A stretch of 64,000 nucleotides of DNA from contig OX597817.1 in assembly GCA_951406725.2 (NCBI GenBank), positions 38,068,001-38,132,000 of the forward strand, read 5' to 3'. The first letter of the stretch is position 1. Each line of letters opens with the position of its first letter. This DNA is from Octopus vulgaris (lineage: Eukaryota). The translations under genes were made by a program, and so were the position numbers. The notes under the pieces were generated by a model, which was not told the DNA's origin, did no database searches, and saw only the letters and a list, made by a program, of their open reading frames with translations. Below, in pieces: positions 37,879 to 51,039 of this stretch.

Positions 37879-38849
37879 CTATCTATCTATCTATCTATCT
37901 ACATACATGCATACACATATATCTATATCTATATTTATATCTAGCTAGCTAGCCCTCTCCCACACGTTCATACACCTATATATATATGCATACATACATA
38001 ATACATACATACATACATATATACATACATACATACATACATACATAATACATACATACATACATACATACATACATGCATACATACATACATACATACA
38101 TACATACATACATACATACATACATACATACATACATACATACATACATACATACATACATACATAAATGTGAATGTGTATTTATCTATGTGTATTTGTG
38201 TATTAATAACTGTATATTGTATAATTGCATTCTCTTCATTTACTATTTTAGTAATGAAATTCCCTTACAAGGACGTAAAGTTTTACTTGTCAATTCATCA
38301 AGTAGAGTTTGCTTTGGTGCTATTAACGGACACCAGAATAAATAACGCATTTATGTGTGTATATTTATATATGTATACATGTATATGTGCTTATGAAGGC
38401 ACACACTCACGCACACACAGATGCCTGCACACAAACGTACGCATGTGTTCTTGTCGCTAGGCAAAAGACGCGAGTTCTCAATACATGTTGCGCATATCAT
38501 TTCTCAAAAATGAATTTCATATCTCTGTCATCTTCAGACAAGAATCCGTTCCCGCCTGAATATCACAATGGCATGAAACTCGCCTGTGGCCGTATCTGGT
38601 CTGTAGTTCTTTATTCTTTCTTTTTTTCTTTCCCCTTTCTCCCATATCATTATTACTTTTGTTTTTATTTACTTTGACACTTAATGTGCTGATTCTGAAC
38701 AGGATAGCATTTTAAACGGTCGTTCACTATTTTCAATCGATCAATCTTTCGATTGAGTAAACGTTACCACGAACGCAACCGAAATAGATATCAGAAACAG
38801 GTGTTAGTCTACAACGCACAAATAAATGTATAAAGCCCATTATTTATGA

Positions 38850-39012
38850 TGCCCTGTCGAGTAAGAGGGCACCGCAGAGAGCATGGAAGCTGTGGGTACG
38901 AACTCGGTTGAAGCCGACTGCACGTGTAATAACTTCATGCCCGGGTATTGCAAGTATTTTGCATGGGCAATGGTCAGTGATGGTCTTCTGCAGTCACTAG
39001 AGGATAGCCATC
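38850..39012 (+). mobile_element. probable RTE-related 3' end
   Basis: Ends ..gaggatagccat + (TATG)n, resembling the 3' end of the opposing RTE copy. Confidence 0.45.
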
Positions 39013-39045
<33 letters not shown>

Positions 39046-39136
39046 TGTATGTATGTATGTATGTATGTATGTATGTATGTATGTATGTATGTATGTATGT
39101 ATGTATGTATGTATGTATGATTGTATGTATGTATGA

Positions 39137-39223
<87 letters not shown>

Positions 39224-39236
39224 CATACATATATAT

Positions 39237-39307
<71 letters not shown>

Positions 39308-39315
39308 CATACATT

Positions 39316-40490
39316 ATGGCTGCCCCCTCGTTATCGAGTATTGCCATTGCACGAAGCTTAACTGTTACTGGTGCTGTGATCGAATGTGACTTTTTAGCCC
39401 AGCTAAAGATCTACAATGTCTTGTACAAAATTGGCAACTAAGACCTTTACTGGTAATAGCCGGCTGTAGTTGTAACTGGGATTCATGTACCTTTGCATGT
39501 CGTTTAAGTCCTCATGCCGAATTACACTCTCCTCCACATGCCCGACAGATATGATTTGTATGGTGTGTTACACCACCACCAGTGGCCAGGTTGTCAATCA
39601 TCTGTCTCGTTTTATGACTACGAAGATGACTCATGAGTCCAGCTTTACTGAGGCAGGGTCTTGCACAGACATTGCATGTCAGAATCAAAGGAAGACCCTT
39701 CCCTTCTGGAAGTTTAACATCGATGCCCTTCCTGATATCCCTCGTTACTTTCTCATGTGCAACTCAAGATTTCTCAAACGTGGCTGTCCCCTTATGCACA
39801 ATCCTTCTCCACCTGATACGATCAATAGCTATGCCTTCCCATAGGTCAGGTGAGATGCAAGCATCTCTTAAGGAAGCCTTCAGCAAGTCCTTATACCTCT
39901 TTTTTGGTTTATGTGGAGGTCGTTCTCCTTTAGCTAACTCTCCATAAAAGAGTTGTTTTGGCATCCTTGAATCCTTCATTCTGACCAGATGACCACTCCA
40001 TCTGAGCCTTTGCTTCAACAGAAGAGCTTCTATACTTACACACCGAGAGCCTTCGAGTATTTCAAGATCACTGATACGGTCCTTCAACTTAATGCTATAG
40101 ATCCGTCTGAGGCACATCTGATGGAAACGTTCCAGATGTTTAAGGTGGTATCGATATGTGACCCACGTCTCGCAGGCATAGAGAAGAGAAGGGAGCACGC
40201 AAGCCTTGTACACCTTTATCTTTGTCTTTCTGCATATGTCTCGCCGACTCCAGAGACGCTTTTCTAGCCTTCCGAAAGCAACACCTGCTTTCCTAATTCT
40301 ATATGGAATTCATCATCCACATTGCCATATCTATTAATAGTGCTTCCCAAGTAAACAAACTGATCGACTACATCAAGTCGTTTACCATTCACATAGATAT
40401 TTGGTACACTATACTGCTTACCAGGGGCAGGTTGATGCATGACAACAGTTTTCTTGAGATTGACTGTCAATCCTAAGGCAGTGTAAGCAT
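39316..40490 (-). pseudogene. 5'-truncated RTE-BovB-like LINE (RT C-terminus + 3' region)
   Basis: GLTVNLKKTVVMHQP..FVYLGSTI and YKACVLPSLLYACETW..LRWSGHLVRM..PKQLFYGEL; frameshift near 40264. Confidence 0.92.
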
Positions 40491-40558
40491 CACATACATA
40501 CATACATACATACATACATACATACATACATACATACATACATACATGCATACATGCA

Positions 40559-40593
<35 letters not shown>

Positions 40594-41373
40594 GTCGTAT
40601 GTGTGTGATTATGTGTGTGTGTGTGTGTGTGCATGTGTGTGTGCCCGTGTGTCTGTTTGTACATCTATGTGTCGGTGTTCTGTTTGAAAGTTCAAAAGGA
40701 GTAGACAACGTTTTAGCGAGCCAATTGTTCGTTATATAAAGAGGTTGGGTCTGATACTTTTGTCTTGAAATGTTGCATTTGTTTTCCCAGCCAGCAGACA
40801 TTGAGGTGTAGATTTTGTCTAATTATATATTACCCCATGCTACTATCATTTATTATCCCTTGAGTACTGCTCAGGTACTTCAGTCAGAAATTGTAGACTT
40901 CGTCAATCTGAGATGCTTTCCACTTGCATGCATTTCTCAATTTGCTGCCGAGACACTTGCCGGTAAAAGATGAGTGGCAAAGTTGATCTTGGCAAAATGA
41001 TTTGCAGTGCTTTAAGATTTTTTACGTTCTGGGCGAAAATCCTGCCGAAATCAACTTTGCCATTCATCTTTCTGGTATCGATAAAATACAGTGTAAATCA
41101 AGAACTGGGTTCAGTTTAACTGGCCAACCCCTCTCCACTCTCAATTTTTACCCTTGTGCCTATGAATGAAATCAGGCGGCGAGTTGGCAGAATCGGTAGC
41201 ATACCAAACAAAATGTTTAGTGGCATTTCTTCCGGCTCTTTAGGTGTTCTATTCAAATGCTGCTAAGTCCAGCTTTGCCTTTCATTTTTTCGCGGTCGAT
41301 AAAATAAAGTCCAGTCAGGTACTGGGGTCAATGTAATAGACTAATCAAAAGTACTGACCTTGTGTCCAAATTA

Positions 41374-41426
<53 letters not shown>

Positions 41427-41969
41427 GAGTGCATGCCATCAAAGTGACACTGGGGTAAAATATACGAAGCCCAGTATACCCATCATGACTACCCGTCTGA
41501 TAAGGGTATACAAGGCACATGCATCACAACCATATGTGCGTGACATGGTGATCTGATATCAAGATAAACAGCACATGACCTTGCAGGTGGGTCCCAGTTA
41601 GAATTTTCTTCTGGTCGAGTAGTGCATCCCGCTCAAAAGGTCCCTGAATAAGGTTTGTTTAAGGATGATGAACAAAACAACCATGTTTCCAGACGTGAAT
41701 TATTCAAACCCCAAAGAATCCCTCTCAACTCATGGCTATGATGCGTCCCCACTACTTCTGTTCATGATCAGATATGCCCATATCGTCAGCCACTAAGGGA
41801 CATGCTCAACTGGTTATGGTCAAACAACTGACAAGTAAATCTGTGGTATTGAGCAGAATATTTGCTGTAGCCCATCTTTTATACCAAGACAAAACAATGT
41901 ACATGATAACACGTCCAATCAGTTAAGATCAGAAGCTACGAGAGCCATTGCCTGGTACTGCATCAGGGC

Positions 41970-41972
<3 letters not shown>
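41427..41972 (-). mobile_element. (AAT)n-embedded non-coding element, longest copy (about 545 bp)
   Basis: (TTA)n on both sides; extends about 110 bp beyond the copies at 4.7-5.6 kb. Confidence 0.85.
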
Positions 41973-42023
<51 letters not shown>

Positions 42024-42713
42024 TGAACACAAATATTTCTAAGTATGCATATGGTTGCACAAACGCACGTACGCACACACACACGCTTACGCACACGCAT
42101 TCAGCTTCACACACACACACACTTGCACACACGCAAGGTAATGAGTAATATAGTAGTATTAAAATAGTAATGCCATTCTTATATATAGCAAACATATAAG
42201 CACATCAGAACACAGAAAATTTGGTGAATGAGAAAATAGAAAGAAAAAGAGAAAAAGAAAAAAGCACAAAAGCAAAAACACTATACAAAAATGCACGATG
42301 CATTGAAAGATGATGTAAAATGCAAGAGATGCAGAAAGAGGAGAGGGTGCAGAATAAGTGTGTGAATGGGAAAAAATTAGCTGAGGATAATGTGAAAGAT
42401 AAAGAGGAAGTGAGACGAAACGAAACAAAAAAATAATGGAGCGTGTATTAAAACGTGTTGTTGATCCAATACCATATATGGCTGACTTAAGATTGCTTTC
42501 ATTGTTCCATATAACATAGTTCGCCTAGACACGCCTCCCCTCCTCTCCGTATTTCTCTCTGTTTATCTATTTGCCTCTCGATATTTCTTTCACTCTCTCT
42601 CTCTCTCTGTCATTCACAAAAAGGCCTGCAGTTAGTGCGTGCACTCTGTTGAGTTATGTGCAATGTGCAATGTACAATGAATGTAGCCCTGTTGCATTTA
42701 TAAATGCACGCAG

Positions 42714-42770
<57 letters not shown>

Positions 42771-43503
42771 AGTGTGTTTGTGCACGCATGTGTACGTCCT
42801 TGTACATGTAAAAATATGAATGGATCATCAAGTAGCTGTATGCATGGATGTGTGTGTGAGTGTGTGTGTGTGCATGTGTGTGAAGGGGGGCACGCAGATT
42901 TTTTATGTATGTATGTATGCAGTTGCATATGTATGTGTGTGTGTGTTTTTTGTATATGTGTGAATGGATAAACAGCTAGGTGTATGCATAGTCATTTGGG
43001 AGAATGCGCGTGCGCGTGAGTATTGCATGCAGCTAGATAGGTGTGCACGTACATATGCATGTGATGCATGAATGGATTCCTGGATTAGTGTAAGTGTAAC
43101 AATGAAAGTTTATGAGTGGGAACACACAAGGTTATCAATGATAATAATAATAATGGTTATTTGCTTGAGACCACTTCAGAGTATTGCGTACAGGAATGTG
43201 CGTGTGTATTTCTGTACGTGCGCGCGCGGACATACACACACCTACATACATACATACATACATACATACATACATACATACATACATACATACATACATA
43301 CATACACATACATACGTTCATACAAATGCATGCATGGGAACGTGGTTAAGAAGCTCGCTTTGCAACCATATGTTTTCGGGTTCAGTCCTACAGCGCAGCA
43401 CCTTGAGCAGATGTCTTCGAGTATAGCCCCGGGTCGACCAATGCTTGTGAGGGAAATTTGGTGGACATAAACAACACGGAAGCCAATCGTGTGTGTGCTG
43501 TGT

Positions 43504-43552
<49 letters not shown>

Positions 43553-44112
43553 TGTGTTTGAATACATGCAAGGTCAAATAGTTAAGAAGTCTGCTTCGCG
43601 ATTTGTGGCCCTTAATTTGATCCCACTGCACGGCACTTTAAGCAGCAATGTTTTACTATAGTCTCGGTCCGAATCAAACCTCGTGAAGGGAAAAGGGTTG
43701 AAAGGAACTATGCAAGGCCGTCGAATAGAATCCCTCTGTAATTCAAGGGGCCAAACAGGGCACGCTGCGATGAGCTGATTTTTACCCAGCCATTTATTCT
43801 ATAACCGTTTGAATACATAACGTACTTTGAGGAGTTGTGCTGATATTTAAGAAAATAAGTTAGGTAACACGCACACACGCACAAACACACAAAAGCTATT
43901 ATAGGCAAGAAGCAAAAGTAAGCTTATACACACATCCATCCATACATATACATATGTATGTGTATGTGTAGTCTGTGTGTGTGTATGTGTGTGCGTCTGT
44001 TTGTGCGCGTGTGTGCATAGTAAATATCGTTAATATATATATATATATAATCCATTCATATTTACACGTACAAGGATGTACACACGCGTACACAAACACA
44101 CGCACACACACA

Positions 44113-44158
<46 letters not shown>

Positions 44159-44290
44159 GAGAGACAGACAGACGGGCGGACGGGCAGACAGACAGACTGA
44201 CAGGCAGACAGACAGACAGATAGACAGACACACAGGCAGATAGTTTGACCCCCCAACTATTTCACGCTATTAAACAGCTGAGAGATCCTC

Positions 44291-44322
<32 letters not shown>

Positions 44323-45039
44323 GGATGATGTAATGCATCTTGTGCAGTAGTGCTTGCAGCCCTCTCGCTTACAGCTCGCTGCAGTTGATTAACCCATTTG
44401 GTGAAGCGAAGAGCAACCTAAAGTCAGTCTTCCCTACCAGTACACACCCTCCTCACTTCACTAACATTCTCTTAGTCCTCTCTGTCGACACATACAATAA
44501 CTATGGCTTTACGGCTAACTTGTTGAGGGAACATGATTCAGTAGTGAATTACCTAGATATAGCGTGCAGGCGTTCTCTAGTTGAATATATCCTAAGATCA
44601 ATGTAACCCACAACCTTGTCATTTAGCCAAGGAAGAAAAAGGCCAGGTGAGTACATCCCGAGAATAAAGCCAGCTGTGGCAGTCAGCTTTAAGACGGATA
44701 GGTTTGCAACAATTTCTAATAACTGGGAGGAGATATCGTTCCTCGTGGGGTTTTTTCCACCACATCTGTCTTCTTCACAGAGACAACAGGTGTATTGAGA
44801 AATGTGCACACCCAACATCACTATAAAGTTTCATTGCACAAGTGTCTCATTTTGAACTGTGGATCATGGATCTTGGATCCCTAACGACGCTGGTGATGAT
44901 GGAGAGTCTGGTAAGAGGAGCAGATCTGAATATACTGGAAGAATCGAATTAGAATTCTACGTGTCAGAGATCAGCTCATCAGTCATTGACAGTTAGCAGT
45001 GAGTAGCAGTTTTCCCCTGTCTAAATCCTGTTATTGAGC

Positions 45040-46375
45040 AGCCCTATCTAGCGGCTACGCTGCTCATCTCAACCAGGATAAGACACACAAAAAATGCTTA
45101 AAATAGTTCACTCAGCTTAATTCCTGAATACGAAACCGCGTTTGTTACGACGTTCAGTAAAGCAGTTGTAAAAAGAAAAATATATGATAATATATAAGTA
45201 GGGCTTGTCACGTGAAATACACGGATACTGACTGATGTTGACAACTCGACGAGTCGACTCGAATGTTGATGGCGCTGCAAGTTAGTGAAGTGAAGCGCTA
45301 CAGATATTGCTGCATCGGTAAGACCAAGCTAGTCGGAGATGGATCGCTTAATAAGGTTAAAGAGGGTTACAACTTCTGGAAGAATTACCCGAGTGTGTAC
45401 ATCACTGATATAACATCGGCTTTACTGTGAGAAACAGTCAGCGTTTTAAACTGTCTGATGCATCGAATGACTTTAAAGTAGCTGATATCAGTCCGTATTT
45501 TCCTTGCTGAGAGCCGCTACTTTATGTTTCAGATATCCTAGGCACTAACTCTGACATCTGATAATCAGGATAAAGACTGCTTGCTTCTATTAGAGGTTAG
45601 ATCAGGTAATAATTAAAATGAGTGATTTCAATGCAAGATTAAGGAAGAATAAGAAACCTGGGAAAAACTAACTGCAATGCAATCAAACTTCTCTCTGTGT
45701 GTAGAACACGATTTCAGAGTAAAAATCACTTTGTTCCCCTGTGCAATTGGGGGGGGGAGTAGAGTGTTCAATAGATCATATGATATTGGCAAAACTCACA
45801 TCGCAAGAGCTTCCCTTACATTACCGAAAAAAATCAGACATTAAGAAATTCACCTGTTGCAATCTCAACAATCTTGATACTTGTAAGAACTTTCATCACT
45901 CTCCAGTTTCAGAGGTATCCCCAACTCCTCGGAAGTTTGCATACATAATAAAGGGACCATTTTAAGTTCCGTTCTTTATGATGCTACAGTCAAAACCGTC
46001 GGATAGGAAACGGATAAACACCTAACCTGGTTCCATAAGAATCCCGGAAAATTCTAAGTGGCATGCACAAGGCACATAGAGCATCTGTGAATAATCCTTC
46101 GCCAAACTTTCCAAGAAATGATTGAGAAGTATGGAGATAAGCATGGTATGCACAATTTCTAGGGATACAATAAAGACTAAGTAGACATGATCTTTGTTGC
46201 AAGGCAGATTCAGAAGAAATGCGAAGAACAACATCAATAACTCTTCATTATGTTTGTGAATCTAATAAAAGGCTTTTGCCCCTGTAGACAGAGAGGTTCT
46301 GTGGAATGTTCCCTGAGTGTTTAATTTCCTGACAAGATTACAGTGTATCGTGCGTCTGTGCCATATAGTGGTGAT
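45040..46375 (+). pseudogene. decayed, internally deleted RTE-BovB-like LINE (APE endonuclease + RT fragments)
   Basis: KRY/DIAA..TKLVGDGSL..EGYNFW and DMIFVARQIQKKCEEQHQ*LFIMFVNL..VDREVLWNV. Confidence 0.8.
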
Positions 46376-46459
46376 TTCAACATGTGGAACTATTAATCCC
46401 GACGCATTTTTTCTCTCTCCGTTTTTTTCTCTTTCTCTCTCCATCCCCACCTCATTCCT

Positions 46460-46495
46460 CTTTGCCGTTGAGCGTAGGTTCGAAACGTCAAAAAC
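46460..46495 (+). ncRNA. highly degenerate minimal hammerhead-like motif
   Basis: tttg-CCGTTGA-gcgtaggttc-GAAA-cg-TC-aaaa; core mutated. Confidence 0.3.
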
Positions 46496-47443
46496 TTTTC
46501 CATATTTACCGAGTATCAAACTAATACACCAGGTTGTTGTTCCCTCACCTCCCTTTGTCTTTTGTTTACTGCACATTTGAACTACATACATACATACATA
46601 CATACATACATACATACATACATACATGTATACATACATTCATACATACATACATACAAACATACACGCACACACACACACATATAAAAATATATATATA
46701 TATACATAAGAGAGAAAGAGAGAGAGATAGAGAGAGAGAGGGAGAGAGAGGGAGAGAGAGAGAGAGAGATCCTCATCATGAGCAGCATTAGCATCATCCA
46801 TTAATGTCCCTCTTTTTCATTATGGCATGGGTTAAACGGTCCGAAATGAACAGCTGAGCCAAAGAGTTATGCCAAGTTCTAATGTCTGCTTTGGCAATCA
46901 GGTAGGGCTGCACTTCAGTGACAAACTGAAGACAGAACATGTATAGTAATGTGAGGGATTTGGTCTCCCATTCAGTAAATCCTGTGTTTAGGAGAAAAAA
47001 ATATTGTTGAAGAAATCATCAGTGATTGAGAAAAATGAATTTCAAAAACGTTATTTGAAGTGGGATAATGTAATGTCTAAGAATACTTGAACATCTGCGG
47101 AGATATTTCTTGCATTCGTTTTATCTAGTTTCTTTGAGTTAGCATCGCAGATGTATTGCCACGGTCATAAATTTAGTGACCAGGGGTTTCATCAGTTTTC
47201 ACTCTTCTAAACGATAAACATAATAATAAATATGAACTGCACAAAATCTCCAACTGTGAAGTCAGCATCAACATGAGATACATTAATATTTATATTCTCT
47301 TTCTTTTTTAATTTCATGAATTCTTCCTCTAAGAATTTTTGGTCCTAGAATATGCAAAGTTCCATTATTTAGAATTTAGACATTAACAAGAAGAATCTAT
47401 ATCGTTGCATTGTTTTAATTACAGACTGGATTTTCAAAGCATG

Positions 47444-47499
<56 letters not shown>

Positions 47500-47505
<6 letters not shown>

Positions 47506-48230
47506 TCTGTCTGGAGAAGATGTAAAATCCAGCTTCTTCTAACTATTACTTATATAGTGAGTAACACAATCAAGTGCACCAATGATTATGAGTACATTTG
47601 TGAACTAATAATTTGGACAGATAAGCTGTAAGTATCAAAACAACTTGTCAAGAAATGTTTTCACTGGTTCACATGCGTTAAGAAGCTGATCTTTACAACA
47701 GTCGGTTTTTTTTTTATTTGTCCAGAAAACAACGCCAGGAGTGTTTTGCTTCCATTTAGTGGCTAGAAACATTTGTTAATTTATTTGTTTTTCCATTTGT
47801 CCCTGGACAGTCCATCATACAGATGGCGCTGGATATTGTTTAGCAGTAATGTCAACCCAATTAAAGAAGGTATTATCTTCATAACATATTAGGAAGCAGC
47901 CAGTGACATATGTAATGACCTCCACTGATATGAGACACAATGTTTTGATCACGTTTTGGAGGTCTGAAGGGTTCAATGCCTCCTTCGTTCAATAGATATT
48001 TTTAGCTGTGTTTTAATCTTCGGATTGCAGAAGCAAAGCTTTCAAAATGCGACGTGATGAAACGGTATCGAGATCAAAAAGTCTGTCGATATTCGCATCA
48101 CTCAAAAGTTTCCCCCGAAACATTGTCATGTATAAACCTTGTTGATTTACAGTGTTTCTACTCCAACTCTGGTTGTATGTATATCTGCTCGAAAGGTAGT
48201 GTCTTGTATGAAATATTTTCAAATCGGAAG
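47500..48230 (-). pseudogene. very decayed R4/Dong-like LINE fragment
   Basis: LCLISVEVITYVTGC..DITAK parallels the zinc-knuckle region at 36 kb. Confidence 0.45.
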
Positions 48231-48304
48231 TAATGCTGCATCTTTAAGTTCAGAATTTGTGTGTATGTGTGTTTATATGTAGATCTATTTATGTATCGAT
48301 CTAT

Positions 48305-48366
<62 letters not shown>

Positions 48367-48513
48367 GGTTAAGTAATTGAGATTCTAGTGAATTCTAAAG
48401 AATTCACATGAATATGGTCCTTAACTAGGATGCACCGGAAATCTATATGGTGTTAACCATACGACAAGTGGGGTGATTACAAATAGGAAAAAAGCAACAA
48501 GAATGGATTAAAA

Positions 48514-48601
48514 TCTCGGTACGATCGTTTCGTACGAGGACATCTTTAATAAGCTACAAAAAATGCAGTGAATACAGATGGCTCGTACTCGTCAGCCGAA
48601 A
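48514..48601 (-). ncRNA. type I hammerhead ribozyme with extended stem II (left arm)
   Basis: Exact reverse complement of the 48619-48706 motif. Confidence 0.88.
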
Positions 48602-48618
48602 AATGTTCTCTGATGTTT

Positions 48619-48706
48619 TTTCGGCTGACGAGTACGAGCCATCTGTATTCACTGCATTTTTTGTAGCTTATTAAAGATGTCCTCGTACGAAACGATCGTA
48701 CCGAGA
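48619..48706 (+). ncRNA. type I hammerhead ribozyme with extended stem II (right arm)
   Basis: tttcgg-CTGACGA-gtacgag[~43-nt hairpin]ctcgtac-GAAA-cgatcg-TA-ccgaga; all core residues intact, GUA site. Confidence 0.9.
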
Positions 48707-48730
48707 TTTTAATCCATTCTTGTTGCTTTT

Positions 48731-48805
<75 letters not shown>

Positions 48806-49370
48806 CCGGGATCTGGAATTATCCAGTAATTTTTTTGCTAGTTTATTTTGTCTCTTTGTCTTCTCTCCTGGTGCTGTATGAACATTTAATGTGGTTTTAG
48901 AGTCAAGTTTTGGCTGCTATTTCCAGTGTGGTGGTATCTCTTAGATAGCCTAAATTATAATTTTAATAACAATTATTACCTTTGAATGTTTTAATTCCAT
49001 GCTGGACACCTGATAATAGAGGACATTAAAACATTCGGATAGATAGACGATACAAAGGTGGACAAGAGAAACAACAATTAGGACAGGCAAAAAAGACGGG
49101 TCATTCGTGGCTTTCTTTCCTCAGTTAAGTTCAGAAGTCACAACCATTTCGGGCAGTTAGTCTTGAGATGGTTCGATCTGTTTGCCTACATATATATATA
49201 TAAAGCAAAATAGCTAGTTGTAAAATCTCAAGAAAAGATATAGTATTAACTGTACTAAACAGTAAAGTCAGTTGCCACATCAAAGTGGCTGTTGAATGTC
49301 ACTACTGGTTTAACTCCATGCAGATTCTCCACCAGCTGGTTATCGGTGCAACACTCTGGCATGCAGGTGC

Positions 49371-49419
49371 TCGCGACTGAGGATAAGTCAAATAGCTCGA
49401 AACTGAGTAAGTCTCGCGA
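49371..49419 (+). ncRNA. type I hammerhead ribozyme
   Basis: tcgcga-CTGAGGA-t-aagt-caaata-gctc-GAAA-ctgagtaag-TC-tcgcga; 6-bp stem I, first stem II pair mismatched. Confidence 0.72.
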
Positions 49420-49669
49420 TCTGGTTACCCGCTAGAGAGTTCGCTCCCCCTGCTAGCACACATTTCTATACAAGGAATTTTGTATTTTTTTCACAAACTA
49501 GAGTATGGCTACTGACACCAAGCTTAAGGATTGTATAATGTACAAGTATAAAGAAATTCGGCGGTACTGACGTTGGATATGATCTGTCTGATACTGTTAG
49601 TTGGAGAGATATGTTCAATTCTTCCAGTGCCTTCGAATTTAATATTTTTAATATTTAATATTGTGAAGT

Positions 49670-49752
49670 CCCATGCTGATGAAAAAAATGTTCGGGAAAA
49701 GTATAAATTATACATTCTTTATACCGATCTAATTCCGAAACGCGTACATGGG
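49670..49752 (+). ncRNA. type I hammerhead ribozyme with extended, partly decayed stem II
   Basis: cccatg-CTGATGA-[..gtataaa/tttatac..]-GAAA-cgcg-TA-catggg. Confidence 0.75.
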
Positions 49753-50584
49753 TAATCAAATATCGATTGATTTTCGTTATTTTTCCTCTCTGCCTTCGTG
49801 GATTGTTTTCGAGTAATTTGTTTTTGTCTGGGAGCCTCTTTTTAAGGTAGAGGAAATAGCTAAGGTCTTTTGGCTGCTATTTCTAAACTTCGGTATGTGG
49901 TAAAGCAAATCTTTGTTGAACCCTATTATAAAGTATTACTTTAATTTACCGCGAAATGGTGCTTTTTCATGCCGAATTCTACTTGGTGAAATTATTGATT
50001 ACTAGTTAATTAATTAATTTTACCCTTTGTTATTATTGATACATATATATATATATATATATAAATATATATATATACACACACACACACACACCGTGTA
50101 TTTGTCTGAATCGTTTAAATACTGTATCTTTGAAACATTTGGATACACACATATTAATCCTTTTTTTAAAGTGTCTGATGTGTGACATGGGCGTGCCGCG
50201 GGGTGTAGATAGATTGACAAATAGATAAATTTATTGATCCACAGAGAGACAGATTGAAACACAGATATACAAATACACATACACACACATACACACACAC
50301 ACACACACATTCATGCACGCACGCAAGCACGTACGCGCACGCACACACATCTGGCATTTTAAATACCTTGGTTGTGCTATTCTTTACATAAGGTGATCAG
50401 AAACGAAGAGATGATGTTATTTGAAGATTTTAATCATCACTTGGATAGGTTAGTCTGCCAGTCCCAAGGTCAGTCTGATGCAGCATACTGTAAACATTGT
50501 AGAATCGCCTGCAACGGTAACATATAAATACGAATATAAGTATATGCATGTGTACATTCTTATAGATATTCTTATATATATATA

Positions 50585-50981
50585 CTCTTACTCTTTTACT
50601 CTTTTACTTGTTTCAGTCATTTGACTGCGGCCATGCTGGAGCACCGCCTTTAATCGAGCAACTCGACCCCGGGACTTATTCTTTTGTAAGCCCAGTACTT
50701 ATTCTATCGGTCTCTTTTGCCGAACCGCTAAGTAACGGGGGACATAAACACATCAGCATCGGTTGTCAAGCAATGCTAGGGGGACAAACACAGACACACA
50801 AACACACACACGCATATATATATATACATATATACGACGGGCTTCTTTCAGTTTCCGTCTACCAAATCCACTCACAAGGCTTTGGTCGGCCCGAGGCTAT
50901 AGTAGAAGACACTTGCCCGAGGTGCCACGCAGTGGGACTGAACCCGGAACCATGTGGTTGGTAAACAAGCTACTTACCACA
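50585..50981 (-). mobile_element. SINE family B
   Basis: Near-identical to 11695-12120, slightly 5'-truncated. Confidence 0.92.
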
Positions 50982-51039
50982 TTTTTTTTATATACTTCAG
51001 CCCAAAGCTGTAAATTGCTGGGGCATTGTCAGTACATTC

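Larger units (their letters stand above)
48366..48733 (-). mobile_element. Penelope-like fold-back mini-element in (TA)n with perfect 117-bp inverted arms
   Basis: Arms 48487-48603 and 48617-48733, 13-nt loop, one-sided extension of about 120 nt at 48366-48486. Confidence 0.88.

Noticed and set aside
47815-47835. Plus-strand HTDGAG resembling the hAT transposase TDGA motif
   Set aside because: Surrounding sequence fits a minus-strand R4-like LINE remnant better; no other hAT motifs
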